64,000 nt of DNA from contig CAVTNB010000001.1 of NCBI GenBank assembly GCA_963736005.1, forward strand, positions 1,344,001 to 1,408,000, written 5' to 3'. The notes under the pieces are model-generated. The model was not told the origin of the DNA. It saw only the letters and a program-made list of their open reading frames with translations, and did no database searches. Numbering within the stretch: position 1 is the first letter of the stretch; each line of letters begins with the position of its first letter. The position numbers were made by a program, and so were the translations under genes. Shown in pieces: positions 62,587-64,000 of this stretch. This DNA comes from an uncultured Pseudomonadota bacterium (GTDB lineage Bacteria; Vulcanimicrobiota; Vulcanimicrobiia; Eremiobacterales; Eremiobacteraceae).

Positions 62587-63975
62587 CTACTCGCGCGTTG
62601 ACGTCTTTGTGGTGACTTCGCGGAAGACATCGGCGAGGCTTGCACGCAGCAGCGTGACGAGTTCGTCGATTTCAGGCTCCGCAATCGTTAAGGGCGGTGC
62701 GATCAGGACCAAGTCTCCATTCTGACCGTCTGCATGCCCGGTGTTCGGCCACAGCACGATCCCATGCCGCAAACCCGCGGCCACTAGACGCTCGGCGACT
62801 TTGAGATCGCGCGAGAACGCTCGTTTGGTTGCGCGATCCGCCACGAGCTCGACGCCGGCAAGCATGCCGATTCCGCGCACATCGCCGACGAGCGGAGCGC
62901 CGTCACCTTCGTGGAGGAGCGACTTCAGGCGCGACTGCAGCACGGCGCCGATGGTTGCCGCCCGCGCCACCAGCCCGTGCTGGCGGATATACCCCAGGTT
63001 TGCGAGTCCCGCAGCAGCTGCAACCGGATGGTGCGAATAGGTTTGCGCGTGCACGAAACCCCCGCGGCGACTCTTCTCCATCACCTCAAAGATGCGCGAG
63101 GTCGTCAGCACCGCCGAGAGAGGCACGTAGCCGCCGTTGAGACCTTTGCCAAGCGTGATGATATCCGGCACGATCACCTTGCCGTCGGCATCTTTGTAAT
63201 GTTCCAGGCCAAAAAACTTTCCCGTACGCCCAACGCCGCACAGCACCTCGTCGGCGATAAAAAGAACGCCGTACCGATCGCAGATCTCGCGGATGCGGCC
63301 ATAGTAACCGGCCGGCGGCACCGAGGCCCCGGTCGAGCTTCCGCCGATCGGCTCAGCGATAAAAGCGGCCACGTTCTCGGGCCCCGCACTCACAATGGCG
63401 TCCTCGAGCGCGTCGCCGGTCATGGCCTTGGAGCGCTCGCCCAGTTCCCCCGCTCGATACGGATACGGCGCCTCGATCATGTGTACTTCTATAAGCCAAG
63501 GCTGATACAGGTCTTGATAGTGTGGACGAGCCGAAGCCGACAGCGCAAGGAGCGTATTGCCGTGATAACCGGGCGTGCGCGCGATGACCATGTGACGACC
63601 GGCCTCGCCGCGCTCGACGTGAAACTGGCGCGCGAGTTTGAGCGCAGCTTCAACTGCTTCCGAACCGCTCGATAGAAAATACGTTCGTTCGATGCCAGGC
63701 GGGGCCAGATCGGTCAGCTCGTTGGCCAAGTCTTCGACCGGTTGGCTCGTGAACATCGTGCCGTTGACATAGCCAAGCGTCGCCGCCTGAGCTCCGATGG
63801 CGTCGGCAATCTCCCTCACGCCGTGACCGACACTTGCCACCATCGCGCCGCCACAGGCATCGAGATAACGCTTGCCTGAGTCATCATACAGATAGATGCC
63901 TTGGCCGCGAACGATTTTGGGCAAGCTGTGGTTCAGCTTGCGATAAAAAACCGAGCTCGCATCCGATTTGGGCAT
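62587..63975 (-). CDS. Class III PLP aminotransferase (omega-amine type)
   Basis: SGSEAVE, YHGNT, DEVLCGVGRTG, GKGLNGGY and HAQTYSHHP. Confidence 0.92.
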   Translation of the reverse strand: MPKSDASSVFYRKLNHSLPKIVRGQGIYLYDDSGKRYLDACGGAMVASVGHGVREIADAIGAQAATLGYVNGTMFTSQPVEDLANELTDLAPPGIERTYFLSSGSEAVEAALKLARQFHVERGEAGRHMVIARTPGYHGNTLLALSASARPHYQDLYQPWLIEVHMIEAPYPYRAGELGERSKAMTGDALEDAIVSAGPENVAAFIAEPIGGSSTGASVPPAGYYGRIREICDRYGVLFIADEVLCGVGRTGKFFGLEHYKDADGKVIVPDIITLGKGLNGGYVPLSAVLTTSRIFEVMEKSRRGGFVHAQTYSHHPVAAAAGLANLGYIRQHGLVARAATIGAVLQSRLKSLLHEGDGAPLVGDVRGIGMLAGVELVADRATKRAFSRDLKVAERLVAAGLRHGIVLWPNTGHADGQNGDLVLIAPPLTIAEPEIDELVTLLRASLADVFREVTTKTSTRE

Positions 63976-64000
63976 TGGATCACTTTCGGGACTCGATGTA

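Overview
A high-GC, gene-dense bacterial chromosomal segment made mostly of housekeeping genes. A TonB-dependent receptor with an 'ALAGTTG' N-terminus, a Uma2 endonuclease and the futalosine pathway suggest a diderm Terrabacteria lineage such as Ca. Eremiobacterota; this is inference, not a tested placement. Contents: secA, hpf, a polysaccharide deacetylase, an LCP protein, yajQ, a rodZ-like gene, mnmA, mqnE-mqnA-mqnC, ftsK, rnj, a GntR/YtrA-SPFH operon, a CIRCE-preceded htrA-dnaK-grpE-dnaJ operon, metE, ftsEX with an M23 and two S41 peptidases, three acyl-CoA dehydrogenases, hbd, sucCD, gmd/rmd, an ECF sigma/anti-sigma locus and an aminotransferase/ALDH/CoA-transferase cluster. I see no CRISPR array, prophage, integrase, transposase, rRNA or tRNA. 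The strongest unexplained signal is non-coding: about 27 short palindromic (T)GTAG-capped REP-like units from 4-5 families at 16 loci. They form mixed-family and tandemly amplified arrays, supply the TAG stop codon of four genes, and appear to be translated inside two proteins. There is also an unassigned 150-185 nt structured intergenic RNA candidate (48936-49121) and a lower-GC lipoprotein gene at the left edge that the ORF track misses. Four genes (mqnC, one acyl-CoA dehydrogenase, the TonB receptor, gmd) carry frameshifts that most likely reflect sequencing indels.
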